Made by a program: the position numbers and the translations under genes. Below are positions 9,829 through 20,047 of a stretch of 63,979 nucleotides of DNA, in pieces. Position 1 is the stretch's first letter. Every line of letters begins with the position of its first letter. Source of the stretch: Methylocella sp. (lineage in GTDB: Bacteria > Pseudomonadota > Alphaproteobacteria > Rhizobiales > Beijerinckiaceae); NCBI GenBank assembly GCA_036560885.1, contig DATBQJ010000146.1:1-63979 (forward strand), written 5' to 3'. Below the pieces are notes generated by a model, which ran no database searches, was not told where the DNA came from, and saw only the letters and a program-made list of their open reading frames with translations.

Positions 9829-10806
9829 TCAGTTGGCGCCATTAACTTGCCAAATCGAAACAAGGCCGTCAAGAATACGCTCTTGGGCGGCACTCGCGGC
9901 ACGATCGAGCGCGCCGCTCAGCCCGCCAAGCCCGAGCAATTCCGCGGCCCGCGCGGAAAAGCTCAAGATGCCCAAACGTTCCAGCGTACGTTCTTGTTTG
10001 TAGTCTCGCACCGGCAGCCCCTTTTGAATATTTTTTTCCTTCTCCAGCCATTCTATGGCTTCGCGTTCGCCGCCGAGTCGATCGACGAGATGCAGTTCGA
10101 TGCCCTGGCGGCCGGTAAAGACGCGTCCGTCCGCGACAGCCTCGAGCTGCTCGCTTGTCATATTCCGGCGCTCCTTCACCAGCGCCTTGAACCAGGTGAA
10201 ACTGTCGCCGACGAGCGCGGCGAGCGCGGCGCGCGCTTCCGGGCTCGTTGGCTCGAACCCGTTCGGCGAAGCCTTCAGTGGGGAAGATTTCACGTCCTCC
10301 ACTTTCACCCCAATTGTGTCGAGCAATTTGGCGAAGTTTGGATATTGAACTAGGACGCCGATCGAACCAACCAGCGCATTACCCAGGGCGACGATCTGGT
10401 CGGTCCCCAGCGCGGCCACATAGCCCCCGGAGGCAGCCAAGCTTCCGACCACGGCAACTGCCGGTTTCTTGGCCGAGAGACGCCGGAGCGCTTCGTAGAG
10501 CCGCTCCGCTCCCGCTGTTGTGCCGCCGGGACTGTCGATCGAAATCAGTACCGCTTCCGCGGCTTTGGAATCTTCTATTTTCTGGATCAGTTTCAGAGTT
10601 TCGCGATCGCCGGTGATGATGCCTTCGATGGCCAGCCTCGCGATATGCGGCGTGAAACCAATGGACCCATCCGGCCCAAGCAGGCGGAAGCTCGCGGCAC
10701 CGGCGGCGAGGATCACTGCCGCGATGGCGGCGATTCGCCAATACGATAATTTTCGCCGCAGAATACGGCGCTCGGCAAGATAATCCGGAAAAAGCGGCGC
10801 AGCCAT
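9829..10806 (-). CDS. sppA: Signal peptide peptidase SppA (S49)
   Basis: IDSPGG, AASGGY, GSIGV, ADGRVFTGRQ. The start is trimmed to MAAP. Confidence 0.93.
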   Translation of the reverse strand: MAAPLFPDYLAERRILRRKLSYWRIAAIAAVILAAGAASFRLLGPDGSIGFTPHIARLAIEGIITGDRETLKLIQKIEDSKAAEAVLISIDSPGGTTAGAERLYEALRRLSAKKPAVAVVGSLAASGGYVAALGTDQIVALGNALVGSIGVLVQYPNFAKLLDTIGVKVEDVKSSPLKASPNGFEPTSPEARAALAALVGDSFTWFKALVKERRNMTSEQLEAVADGRVFTGRQGIELHLVDRLGGEREAIEWLEKEKNIQKGLPVRDYKQERTLERLGILSFSARAAELLGLGGLSGALDRAASAAQERILDGLVSIWQVNGAN

Positions 10807-11209
10807 GACTCTCCAGGGGTTCGAGTTCCAGCGAGCGGGCCGGTCCGCGCCGGCGGCTGGGATTTGTGGCGCTATCAAAGCAGATTTGTAGCGATTGGAC
10901 AACCGGCGGTGCGGCGGCAACTGGCTGCACGATCTTTGCCGGCACTTATTTTCGCTGTTCCAGCGGCGGGCAAAAAAGAGAGTGCGGAACCAATGGTGCC
11001 TCCCGGCGCAGCCGTCCCAAGCTCGTTCGACTGCGACGCTGGGTGAGGCGAGGCTTAGGCCAGGTTCGCGCAAGCCCGCAGACCTATTTGGTTCGTGCCA
11101 GGATGTCTCCTGCCTAGCGGTTCGGAAGCAACGATGACTTCCAAGCCTACGGCACGCCGGCGGGGGCGGTTGCTGGTCCCCTCAGGCTACGTAATAGAGA
11201 TGTAGTACA

Positions 11210-11941
11210 ATGATGAAAGATCTAAATTCATTGAGGTCTCGACTTTCAAAACTGCGCCTCGGTCTGGTGGCTTTTTTCTATGAAATTTACCGCAGGCGCG
11301 CGGTCTTCTGGCCCTGGGCGGATCGAGTTTTAATATTTCTTTCATTCATTATAGTAGTTATCCGTCTATACGGGCAACCGCTGGATTTATTTATTACGGG
11401 CTTGGCGTTCCCGCTATTTCTTCTGATCCTTATTTTTCGCAGTCCGCTCTTGGCCGGGCCTCCGCCGCCACTGTTGGGGTTAATTGGACTGGTAATGAGC
11501 TATCCAACTCTATCGTTTCTCGAATTTCCTGGTAAAACTGTCTCAGGTTATACAGGAACTGTCATTTTATATACTATAGTATTTTATATAATAGTTCTAG
11601 CGTGGGCATTTTATACAATTAGACGAAGCTTTGCAATTTTTCCTTCGGCACGCGCACTTGTCACGGGGGGCCCTTACACCATGGTACGGCACCCGATATA
11701 TTCTTCATATTTGCACTTGGCGATATGCGTCACGGTGCTTATGCCGACTCTCCAAAACTTCATCGTAACCGCTATATTCGGCCTGGGTCTCTTTTTGAGG
11801 GCCAAATGCGAGGAGGATCTTCTTGCCGGAGCCGAGGGGTATGGCACTTTTCATAACCGCGTGAAGAAGCTTTTTTTCAGCGCGCCACTTTCAGCTCCCG
11901 CCGGTCTTGCAGCCGCGGCCGTTTGGTTCGGGCGGCTGTGA
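11210..11941 (+). CDS. ICMT/PEMT-like integral membrane methyltransferase family protein
   Basis: LVTGGPYTMVRHPIYSS...EE motif; multiple TM segments; visibly AT-richer than the flanks. Confidence 0.72.
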   Translation: MMKDLNSLRSRLSKLRLGLVAFFYEIYRRRAVFWPWADRVLIFLSFIIVVIRLYGQPLDLFITGLAFPLFLLILIFRSPLLAGPPPPLLGLIGLVMSYPTLSFLEFPGKTVSGYTGTVILYTIVFYIIVLAWAFYTIRRSFAIFPSARALVTGGPYTMVRHPIYSSYLHLAICVTVLMPTLQNFIVTAIFGLGLFLRAKCEEDLLAGAEGYGTFHNRVKKLFFSAPLSAPAGLAAAAVWFGRL

Positions 11942-12410
11942 CAAATCGCATCGTCGAAACTTCCCTCCAGTCTACGAAACTGGAGCACTTGCCGGCGGCC
12001 AGACTCCAGTCGAAGAACCTCATCACTCGATGCACCAGCCGTTCTCCAGGGCTGCCTTTTGCGCTCCAGAACAGGATGCTGATGATGTGAGCTAAATCGC
12101 GGTCCTACCGCCACAAATTAGGACGCTATCCGGCGAATACGGAACAATGCGGATACCGAATGACGGCGTACGTTCGTCAAATTTCATGACGGACGGGAGT
12201 GATCTGATGGAAAGGCCAGTGAAACGGAGTTTTGGCGCTTTTGGGTGCTTTCATCGGGTGTGCTGGGGTGGATAAGCTCTGTGGCCCGATATAACGCAAA
12301 TATCGGATCTACACCTATTTTTTCGTGGGGATGAGGAGGTATGAAGCGCTATGTTCTGTGCAGTGCGCGGCTCGTGAATATGCGCACCGCTCGCTGAACC
12401 CGGTGGCCGT

Positions 12411-13796
12411 GTGGTGTCCCCCAATGCAAATGCCGTTGTAAATCCTCCCCGCGTCAGCCATGCCCGCGTGGTGCGGCTTGCGCTACCGATGACGCTCGCC
12501 CATTTGTCGACGCCGTTGCTCGGCATCGCCGACGCGGCGATCATTGGCAGGCTCGGCCAGGCGCATCTGCTCGGCGCGATCGCCGCCGCCGCCGTCATTT
12601 TCGACTTCATCTTCTGGAGTTTCGGTTTTTTGCGCATGGGGACGGCGGGGCTCACCGCGCAAGCCCTTGGCGCCGGCGATGCGGCCGAGCAACGCGCGAC
12701 GCTCATTCGCGCCGTGATCGTTGCCACTTGTATCGGAGCCGCGATGATTTTGCTCCAGGCGCCGATCGCCTGGATCAGCTTTGGCGCGCTCGATGCCAGC
12801 CCCGAAGTCACCGGCGCGGCGCGGCTTTATTTCGACATAAGGATCTGGTCGGCGCCTTTTGTTCTTGTCAATTACGCGGTGCTCGGCGCAATCGTCGGAC
12901 GCGGGCGGACCGGCATGGCGCTCGTCCTCCAACTTTTAATTCATGTGGTTAACATTGGCTTCAACGTCGCTCTTGTATACGGCTTGGCGTTAGGCGTGCG
13001 GGGCTCGGCGGCGGGCACGCTGGCGGCTGAGGGATTGGGCGGGCTCGCTGGTGTTTTTGTCGTTTGGTGCATGTACGGCGACCTTCTTTCGATCAAAGGC
13101 AAACTCATTCTCGATCGCGGAAAAATCGCACGGATGTTTGCGATCAATCGCGATATTTTCGTCCGCAACACGGCGCTGCTCTTTGCCTTCGCGTTTTTTA
13201 CCGCCCAGGGCGCGCGGGGCGGCGATATCGTTCTCGCGGGCAATGCGATATTGATCAATCTCATTCTCGTTGCGGCTTATTTTCTCGACGGCTTCGCGAC
13301 CGCCGCCGAGCAGATGTGTGGCCAATCGATCGGCGCGCGGGACGCCAAGGGTTTTCGCTCGGCGGTGCGCATTACGGCCTTTTGGTCCTTCGCCTTCGCC
13401 GCCGGCTTGGCGGCCGTGGCGCTTATTTCCGGCAAACCGTTCATCGATTTCCTTACGACCGATCCGCAGGTCCGGGCCTATGCCCGCGATTATCTTTTGT
13501 TCGCTGCGCTCGCCCCGCTTGCGGGCGCCCTCGCTTATGAACTCGACGGTGTGTTCGCCGGTGCGACATGGACGCGCGACATGCGCAACATGATGCTCGT
13601 TTCGCTCGCGCTTTATATCGCAAGCTTCTATCTGTTGCGGCCTCTCGGCAACGCCGGTCTATGGCTCTCGCTTCTGCTTTTTCTACTCGCGCGCGGCCTC
13701 ACACAAGCGTGGCGCTATCGAAAATTGTCTGCGTTAAGTTTTCCACTCGCCCAATCCGCGGCCGCGGCGCCGGTCGCGTCAGTGAGCCGGGGATAG
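12411..13796 (+). CDS. MATE family efflux transporter (DinF-like)
   Basis: LALPMTLAHLSTPLLG..D.AIIG, FLRMGTAG; about 12 TM segments. Confidence 0.92.
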   Translation: MVSPNANAVVNPPRVSHARVVRLALPMTLAHLSTPLLGIADAAIIGRLGQAHLLGAIAAAAVIFDFIFWSFGFLRMGTAGLTAQALGAGDAAEQRATLIRAVIVATCIGAAMILLQAPIAWISFGALDASPEVTGAARLYFDIRIWSAPFVLVNYAVLGAIVGRGRTGMALVLQLLIHVVNIGFNVALVYGLALGVRGSAAGTLAAEGLGGLAGVFVVWCMYGDLLSIKGKLILDRGKIARMFAINRDIFVRNTALLFAFAFFTAQGARGGDIVLAGNAILINLILVAAYFLDGFATAAEQMCGQSIGARDAKGFRSAVRITAFWSFAFAAGLAAVALISGKPFIDFLTTDPQVRAYARDYLLFAALAPLAGALAYELDGVFAGATWTRDMRNMMLVSLALYIASFYLLRPLGNAGLWLSLLLFLLARGLTQAWRYRKLSALSFPLAQSAAAAPVASVSRG

Positions 13797-14824
13797 GACT
13801 TTCGCGCGGAGAGATGGACGAGGCCACGTTTGATTTCGTCTGCAATCGCAAGCCCTTTGAACACGAAGGATGTATAGAGCTGCACGAGACTTGCGCCGGC
13901 CTCGATCTTGGCGAAAGCGGTTTCCGCGCTGTCCACGCCGCCAGCGCCGATCAGCGGAAACTGTTTCTCGACGCGCAGGTAGGCGGCAGCGAGCATCTGT
14001 GTCGAAAGCTCAAACAACGGCCGGCCGGAGAGGCCGCCGGGTTCGTTAGCGGAATGGTCCCGTAACGTCGCGGGCCGTGAGACCGTGGTATTCGAGACAA
14101 TGAGGCCGTCGATTTTCCGCGCGCGGGCACAGCCAATGATCTCGTCGAGTTCAGCGAGCGTAAGATCGGGTGCGATCTTCAGAAGCAAGGGTTTGCGGCC
14201 AAAGCGTTCCGCCGCGATGTCGCGCGCGGCGAGCACGCGCGCAAGTAGATCGTCGAGCGCATCGGCACGCTGCAAATCGCGCAACCCCGGCGTGTTCGGC
14301 GAAGAAACATTGATCACAAAATAGTCCGCGACATCCGCGAAAACCTCGATGCCGCGCACATAATCATCCACACGATTGCGCGAATTTTTGTTCGCGCCGA
14401 GGTTGACCCCGATTATTCCCGGCCCTTTCTTGCGCAGGGCGAGACGCGCGTGGACGGCCGCATGTCCTTGGCTCGGGAAGCCAAGGCGGTTGATCACCGC
14501 CTCGTCGTGGGTGAGACGAAACAGGCGCGGGCGCGATTGGCCTGCCTGCGGCTCCGGCGTGACCGTGCCCACTTCGGTAAAGCCGAAACCCAGACGCAAT
14601 AGGGCATCGGCTACTTCGCCGTTCTTGTCAAAACCCGCCGCGAGTCCCAGTGGATTTGGAATATCGAGGCCGAACGCGTGGATCGCGAGGCAAGGGTCGT
14701 CTCGCTGGGGCGGCCGCGGAAATTCATTCAGTATCTTAAGTGCCTTTATTGCCCATCCATGTGCCTCCTCAGGATCGAGACGGAACAAGACCGGACGCGC
14801 CACCGCACCCAGAAAGCCGATCAT
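13715..14824 (-). CDS. pyrD: Quinone-dependent dihydroorotate dehydrogenase
   Basis: NPLGLAAGFDKNG, NVSSPNTPGLR, KIAPD, GGLSG, LVQLYT. Confidence 0.96.
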   Translation of the reverse strand: MIGFLGAVARPVLFRLDPEEAHGWAIKALKILNEFPRPPQRDDPCLAIHAFGLDIPNPLGLAAGFDKNGEVADALLRLGFGFTEVGTVTPEPQAGQSRPRLFRLTHDEAVINRLGFPSQGHAAVHARLALRKKGPGIIGVNLGANKNSRNRVDDYVRGIEVFADVADYFVINVSSPNTPGLRDLQRADALDDLLARVLAARDIAAERFGRKPLLLKIAPDLTLAELDEIIGCARARKIDGLIVSNTTVSRPATLRDHSANEPGGLSGRPLFELSTQMLAAAYLRVEKQFPLIGAGGVDSAETAFAKIEAGASLVQLYTSFVFKGLAIADEIKRGLVHLSARKSYPRLTDATGAAAADWASGKLNADNFR

Positions 14825-15165
14825 TCCAAAAGACCAGTGAAATCGTGCCCACCGTCCGGCCGGAGCGGCAGCGGTTTTGTCCAGACCACGGCATCGAGAG
14901 GCAAGTTACCATAAAGGTGTGGAAAAAGCGCGCCGCCGCGCGATTGCTCGAAACGCAAGCCGTCGCCGAGCTGCTTTGTGTCGATTGCGATGAGCAGCAA
15001 ATCATCCTTGCCGCTAAAATGTTTCGCGGCTGTTGCTTCGGCCTGCTCGGCGGTCGAGAAATGGATGTAACCGTCGGCGATATCGGCCGGCGCGCCCTCG
15101 AACCGGCCCTTGTCCTGGGCCTTGCGCCACAAGGAGGCAGGAGCGATTTTGTAGATCAAATCCAT
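14821..15165 (-). CDS. DUF952 domain protein
   Basis: IYKI...D..DGYIHFST...SRGGALFPHLYG; translationally coupled to pyrD. Confidence 0.92.
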   Translation of the reverse strand: MDLIYKIAPASLWRKAQDKGRFEGAPADIADGYIHFSTAEQAEATAAKHFSGKDDLLLIAIDTKQLGDGLRFEQSRGGALFPHLYGNLPLDAVVWTKPLPLRPDGGHDFTGLLE

Positions 15166-15404
15166 GGTCCGGCCAAGTCTTTGGTGCCTCTCTTAATACA
15201 AAGACCGTTGCGAGGGCGACCCAAGTTTAGAGGCGTTGAAGAAAATCTCCGATATCGGGTTGGTCCTTGTGAGAGAGACCGGCTACTGGTTGCCCGCGCT
15301 TCAACCTCTCTGGGATGCATACGCATAGCAAAAGGCTCTTTGGCGCCGATGCGTTGCGTCGGGGTAGCCGGCCAAATACTGGCTTGCCGCCTCGAACCGG
15401 CGCG

Positions 15405-16325
15405 TCAGGTCGTGCGCGCGGGATGTTTCATCGCCCTGATCGCGTCGCGCGCCGCCCGCGCGGGCTTAAGAGCGTTTCGCCTGACGGCGCCATAGACGCT
15501 TCGCTTGACCGCATCCTTGAAACCCGAAACCCGCGGCGGGGTAGGACTTAACCCCAGGCGGCGAAGCCAATAATTGGTCCTGTAGACATCCGCCGTGATT
15601 GCGTCGAGATAGTGGAAATTAACGTTCAGCGAGACCGACACCTCGGGCCCATTCTGCACCCAGTGGGGGGCGCCGACCGGAATGTGGACGCCCTGTCCGG
15701 GAAGGAGTTCGATCACTCTGGCGCGGTTTTGATATTGCGGCCGGTAGACTGCTGCATTGTTATCTACTGCCCAGAATTTTTCGATCTCCTGCTCCGGCAA
15801 CACATCGCGATCCATGGGGTCGAAAATGCTGATCGTTTTGCGGCCTCGGATCTGATAGAGCCAGCTGCATTCACGGTCGATATGGTAGGTGCTGATCCGG
15901 TTGGGCGAGTTGACGAAGATGATCGCATCGCGAAGCTTCATGACTTGTCCAAGGTCTCGCCCCGATAACGCGATGATCTCGTCCATGCAGGCGTCGAGCA
16001 GCCCGGCGTATTCGGCATCTTCTTGCACATGGCGTAAAACAATGAACGCGCCCGCCGTCTCGATGCGCCGCATAAGCTCATCGACCGGCACGTCGCAAGG
16101 CGGCGTCTGATCCCAGCGCTGATCGACCCGGATCTCGCCCGCGTCGTAGTACACATTGTCCGGGTCGCGCGACCGCCGGCGGGCCAGCGCGAGCAGCCGG
16201 TCAGTCTCAAAAAGAGGATTATCCGAAAGCCGATGCGCGAAAGTAAAGCAATTTCTGTCGAAGTTGCGGGCAAACACCGCAGGGTCCGCTTCTAGCAGCC
16301 GTTCAGGAGAGACTGTGGCCGGCAC
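15405..16325 (-). CDS. JmjC/Cupin_8-like Fe(II)/2-oxoglutarate dioxygenase-like protein A
   Basis: HxD...H triad (TYHIDRE...GAPHWV) and QIRGRK. GTG start at 16325 with GGAGA upstream; the ORF extends to 16367. Confidence 0.78.
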   Translation of the reverse strand: MPATVSPERLLEADPAVFARNFDRNCFTFAHRLSDNPLFETDRLLALARRRSRDPDNVYYDAGEIRVDQRWDQTPPCDVPVDELMRRIETAGAFIVLRHVQEDAEYAGLLDACMDEIIALSGRDLGQVMKLRDAIIFVNSPNRISTYHIDRECSWLYQIRGRKTISIFDPMDRDVLPEQEIEKFWAVDNNAAVYRPQYQNRARVIELLPGQGVHIPVGAPHWVQNGPEVSVSLNVNFHYLDAITADVYRTNYWLRRLGLSPTPPRVSGFKDAVKRSVYGAVRRNALKPARAARDAIRAMKHPARTT

Positions 16326-16517
16326 GGAACAAATCTCCACACAGAACAAAACTATCGAACGAAACAAGTCAGCAGATATAATGCAAATAACTAACCTCTA
16401 CGAGACAATGATTGGGGCGTATGAAAACACCAGGCAGTTCGACAAGCACGCCATGTGTTCTACACCTGCGAAGCGCTCTCCCCACGCCTTGCCTTTAGCT
16501 ATACTTTAATACTCTCT

Positions 16518-16551
16518 ATTTTGGTAAAGCTGCCCCGCACTTTTGTCAAGG
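16518..16551 (-). promoter_or_regulatory. Sigma70-like promoter element, copy 1 (upstream of JmjC A)
   Basis: The minus strand reads CCTTGACA-N17-TACCAAAAT; 31/34 identical to 17824-17857. Confidence 0.6.
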
Positions 16552-16671
16552 CGGAGCAGGTCTCCGAGCCGGGGAACCGGGTGAAGAATTGCGGGACAGA
16601 CGGCAAAAGCTCTGAATCTGCCGCGATCCTCTGATTCGATTTCCGCCTGAAAATGAAGGGGCATTCACTCG

Positions 16672-17643
16672 TCAATGCCTGCTCGTCCTTCGGCTCATCC
16701 GCTTAGCGAGCCTGAAGGGTGCCTTGAGCTTGTTCATGCCGGAATATAGCAACTCATCGGTACTTGCTGGATTTGCCTTTGTAAGCATTTCGAAGGTGCG
16801 ATGTTTCAGCCTGTCCCTAACCCGCGATTGGCCAGGCGGCAGCGGCCGAAATCCGAGATGGCGGAGACAATAATTCGCCTGATAAATCCTCGCCCTATAT
16901 GTCACGGGGGAGAGGGTGAACCAGATGCTGACGCTCACGGAGACGTTGGTCCCGTTCGTCACCAAGTGAGGTGCCAAGGGCGGGTGATGGACAGCTGTTC
17001 CAGGTGTCAGGTGAAACACCGTACCAGATTCCAAGATTTCTTCGCGGTAGATTCCGGCCATCGGATTCCCCGCGTAGAACCGCTCGATTTCATTTTCGGT
17101 CAGCACGAAGCGGTCCTGGGGGTCGAAGAGACGAACATTTTTTTCGCCTCGAATCTGAAAAAGGAAATTCGAGTCATGATCGAAATGGTATGGCGTGACC
17201 ATATTGGGAGACGCCACGAAAACTGTGATCCCTGACAAGCCAATGTCGTGCCGCAAGGGCAGCCCAGTGAGGTCCTCTATCTCGCCGATCGTCTTGTGGA
17301 GGATGTGATCATAACCGGGGTCCAATTCCTCAAGGCTAGATATTTTAAACCAAATCTTACCCTCTTCGACATGACGTATGGCTTGGAGCAGCCTGTCTCG
17401 CAGCGGAGCGCTGTTGAATTTCGCATCCCCTTCGACTGTGAGCGCGAATTTTGTTGGATCGCCCCTATCGATGGCTCCCTTGGCTAGGGTAAGCAACTTG
17501 GAGATATCAAAGAGGGGATGGTTCGCCAGAGTATGGCGAAAAAGGTAAGGCGCGGAATTAAGCCGCTTCCAAATGCCCGGATTTTCGCGTCCAATGATAC
17601 GCGTGTTGTCTTTTGCCTGCTCGACCAGAGTTGAAAGAGACAT
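16672..17643 (-). CDS. JmjC/Cupin_8-like dioxygenase-like protein B
   Basis: TPYHFDHDSNFLFQIRGEK...APHLV; paralogous to protein A (shared F.H.L...PLF and NY.LR.LG..P.PP). Confidence 0.8.
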   Translation of the reverse strand: MSLSTLVEQAKDNTRIIGRENPGIWKRLNSAPYLFRHTLANHPLFDISKLLTLAKGAIDRGDPTKFALTVEGDAKFNSAPLRDRLLQAIRHVEEGKIWFKISSLEELDPGYDHILHKTIGEIEDLTGLPLRHDIGLSGITVFVASPNMVTPYHFDHDSNFLFQIRGEKNVRLFDPQDRFVLTENEIERFYAGNPMAGIYREEILESGTVFHLTPGTAVHHPPLAPHLVTNGTNVSVSVSIWFTLSPVTYRARIYQANYCLRHLGFRPLPPGQSRVRDRLKHRTFEMLTKANPASTDELLYSGMNKLKAPFRLAKRMSRRTSRH

Positions 17644-17823
17644 CGTTGAGTGCCCCGCAGGTGAACAATGCACTATGGTCACTAATGCTTTTATGCTTTC
17701 CGATGTGCTATCCTTCGCTTGCCCCCTGTACAGGAAACTTGCACTTCCGATCCATGTAGGAGGTTGCACCGGTTGGGCGAAAGGGTGCGTTGTTTTCCAC
17801 GATAAATTACCGCGATCGTCTCG

Positions 17824-17857
17824 ATTTTGGTAAAGTTGCCTCGCAGTTTTGTCAAGG
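17824..17857 (-). promoter_or_regulatory. Sigma70-like promoter element, copy 2 (upstream of JmjC B)
   Basis: The minus strand reads CCTTGACAAAACTGCGAGGCAACTTTACCAAAAT. Confidence 0.6.
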
Positions 17858-17961
17858 AAAGGCGGATTTCGGGCAGCGTCGTAAATGCCACAACTGCTAG
17901 GATCACGTTTGGGCCAACTTCCTTATCGGATCGCCATCCGCCAAATCATGTTTGCTCCACC

Positions 17962-19632
17962 TCAGGAAAAATATGCTGCATGTTGGCGCTTAAGATCGCC
18001 GCTCAAGGCATCGGCAATGAGTTTGCGTGTTTCGGCGATCCCGTAAAGCGCCACGAATGACCCAAATCGCGGGCCGCGGCTTTCGCCGAGCAGCACGCCA
18101 TAAAGCATGGCGAACCAATCGTTCGAGACGCCGGGACGCTCTGCCGTTGCCCCCTTGGCTTTCATATCCTGATAGCGCGGCAATTTCCGCGCGACATCGT
18201 AGAGCACTGTCTGAATCGCTTCCGCGCTGGCGTCCGGGGGCAGGGCGCAGAGAGCGGCGGACAGTTTTTCGAGCGCCTCGCGCTCGATTTCGTCCGGCTC
18301 GCGAAAGCTTTTCGCGGGGAGCACGAAATCGCGGAAATAGCGCACCGCATAAGCGACCAGCCGGTCGAGGCGCGGATGCGTCGCGGCTGAGACATCCGGC
18401 GCATAGCGGCGCAGAAAACCCCAGAGAACCTGCGGATCTTCGCTGTTTGCTACAGCGGCTAGGTTTAGCAACATGCCAAAGGTAATTAGCGTGGCTTGGC
18501 TGCCATGCCCGCGCAAGACTTCGGGAGGCGGCGGCTCGCCCGAATGAATATGCCAAACCGGATTGCCGAGACGCTCCTTGGCCGCTTGCCTTGGAAAGGC
18601 GTCGAGAAAGCCAAGATAATCATCGACCGTGCGCGGGATAACGTCGAAATAGAGCCGCTTGGCGGCGGTTGGTTTCTGATACATGAAAAGCGACAAACTT
18701 TCGGGGCTCGCATAGGCGAGCCATTCGTCAATCGTCAGGCCATTGCCTTTCGACTTCGAGATTTTTTGGCCCTTTTCGTCGAGGAACAATTCATAAGTGA
18801 ATCCTTCTGGCGGCGTGCCGCCGAGCGCGCGGGTGATCGCGCCCGACAGTTTGACCGATTCGATCAGATCCTTGCCGGCCATCTCATAGTCCACCTTGAG
18901 CGCATACCAGCGCATCGCCCAATCCGGCTTCCATTGCAGCTTGCAGGCGCCGCCCGTAACCGGGGTCTCGAAAATCTCCTTCGTGTCCGGATCGCGCCAG
19001 TTGAGCGTGCCCGCGCCGGCATCGATCCCTTCGATCGGCACCTGCATCACAACGCCGGTCCTTGGATGTACCGGTAGAAACGGCGAGTAAGTGGCGGCTC
19101 GCTCCTCGCGAAAGCTCGGCAGCATGATCGCCATGACTTCGTCGTAATGCGCCAGGATGTGGAGAAGCGCGGCGTCGAAGCGGCCAGACCTATAGTAATC
19201 CGTCGCCGAAGCGAATTCGTAGTCGAATCCGAATTGATCGAGAAAGGCGCGCAGCCGCGCGTTGTTGTGCGCGCCAAAGCTCGGATGGGTGCCGAAGGGG
19301 TCTGGAACTTCGGTGAGCGGCCGGCCCAAATGGGCGGCGACAAGCTCCTTGTTCGGAACATTGTCCGGCACCTTGCGAAGGCCGTCCATATCGTCCGAAA
19401 ATGCAATGAGGCGGGTCTTGATCTTGTCCCCGGTCAAGACCCGGAACGCGTGGCGCACCATGCTCGTGCGGGCGACCTCGCCAAAAGTTCCGATATGCGG
19501 TAGGCCGGAAGGCCCGTAGCCGGTCTCGAAAAGCACCTCGGTCTGGCCGGTTGCCGCAATCCGCCGGAGGAGCTTGCGCGCTTCCTCGAATGGCCAGGCA
19601 TTGCTTTGATCGAGAGCTCCCGCGAAAGACAT
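17962..19632 (-). CDS. lysS: Lysine--tRNA ligase (class I)
   Basis: [17 protein letters not shown] (HIGH-like) and KISKSKGN (KMSKS-like). Confidence 0.96.
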   Translation of the reverse strand: MSFAGALDQSNAWPFEEARKLLRRIAATGQTEVLFETGYGPSGLPHIGTFGEVARTSMVRHAFRVLTGDKIKTRLIAFSDDMDGLRKVPDNVPNKELVAAHLGRPLTEVPDPFGTHPSFGAHNNARLRAFLDQFGFDYEFASATDYYRSGRFDAALLHILAHYDEVMAIMLPSFREERAATYSPFLPVHPRTGVVMQVPIEGIDAGAGTLNWRDPDTKEIFETPVTGGACKLQWKPDWAMRWYALKVDYEMAGKDLIESVKLSGAITRALGGTPPEGFTYELFLDEKGQKISKSKGNGLTIDEWLAYASPESLSLFMYQKPTAAKRLYFDVIPRTVDDYLGFLDAFPRQAAKERLGNPVWHIHSGEPPPPEVLRGHGSQATLITFGMLLNLAAVANSEDPQVLWGFLRRYAPDVSAATHPRLDRLVAYAVRYFRDFVLPAKSFREPDEIEREALEKLSAALCALPPDASAEAIQTVLYDVARKLPRYQDMKAKGATAERPGVSNDWFAMLYGVLLGESRGPRFGSFVALYGIAETRKLIADALSGDLKRQHAAYFS

Positions 19633-19820
19633 GGCAAGACCTTGGGAAGGAAAGGAAGTTCACGGCGAGCGATCCACAAACGATAAGGAGCACGGGGTCG
19701 CGCGTCAATTACCCCTCGCCTAGATCATGTGCAGGAGAGACGGTTCGCCCGGTGCCGCGAATTTGCGGGTGGGCGTTTCGAGTGTCGTGAAATGGCCGCA
19801 GCGCTTTCGCGGCGATTTGG

Positions 19821-19860
19821 ATCGTACCAAAATGTTTCACGTGAAACATTTTGGTACGAT
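19821..19860. repeat. Perfect 40-bp palindrome with exact parS consensus core (copy 2)
   Basis: ATCGTACCAAAATGTTTCACGTGAAACATTTTGGTACGAT; core TGTTTCACGTGAAACA at 19833-19848. Confidence 0.9.
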
Positions 19861-20047
19861 TGGGGCCAAAATACTTACAAGGCGTCAGACAGCGGCCACG
19901 TCTTCGATCATGTAAGATCGATCGATTTTTTGGTGCAATTCCAGGAGGGTGCAGCCGCCGCCTCGATGGCCAAGCCCATTGCCGGAAAAAGTATCGCCGG
20001 TGTAAGTTTCGTTGAGCGACGGGTTCAGACGCTTTTCCCGAAAGCTC

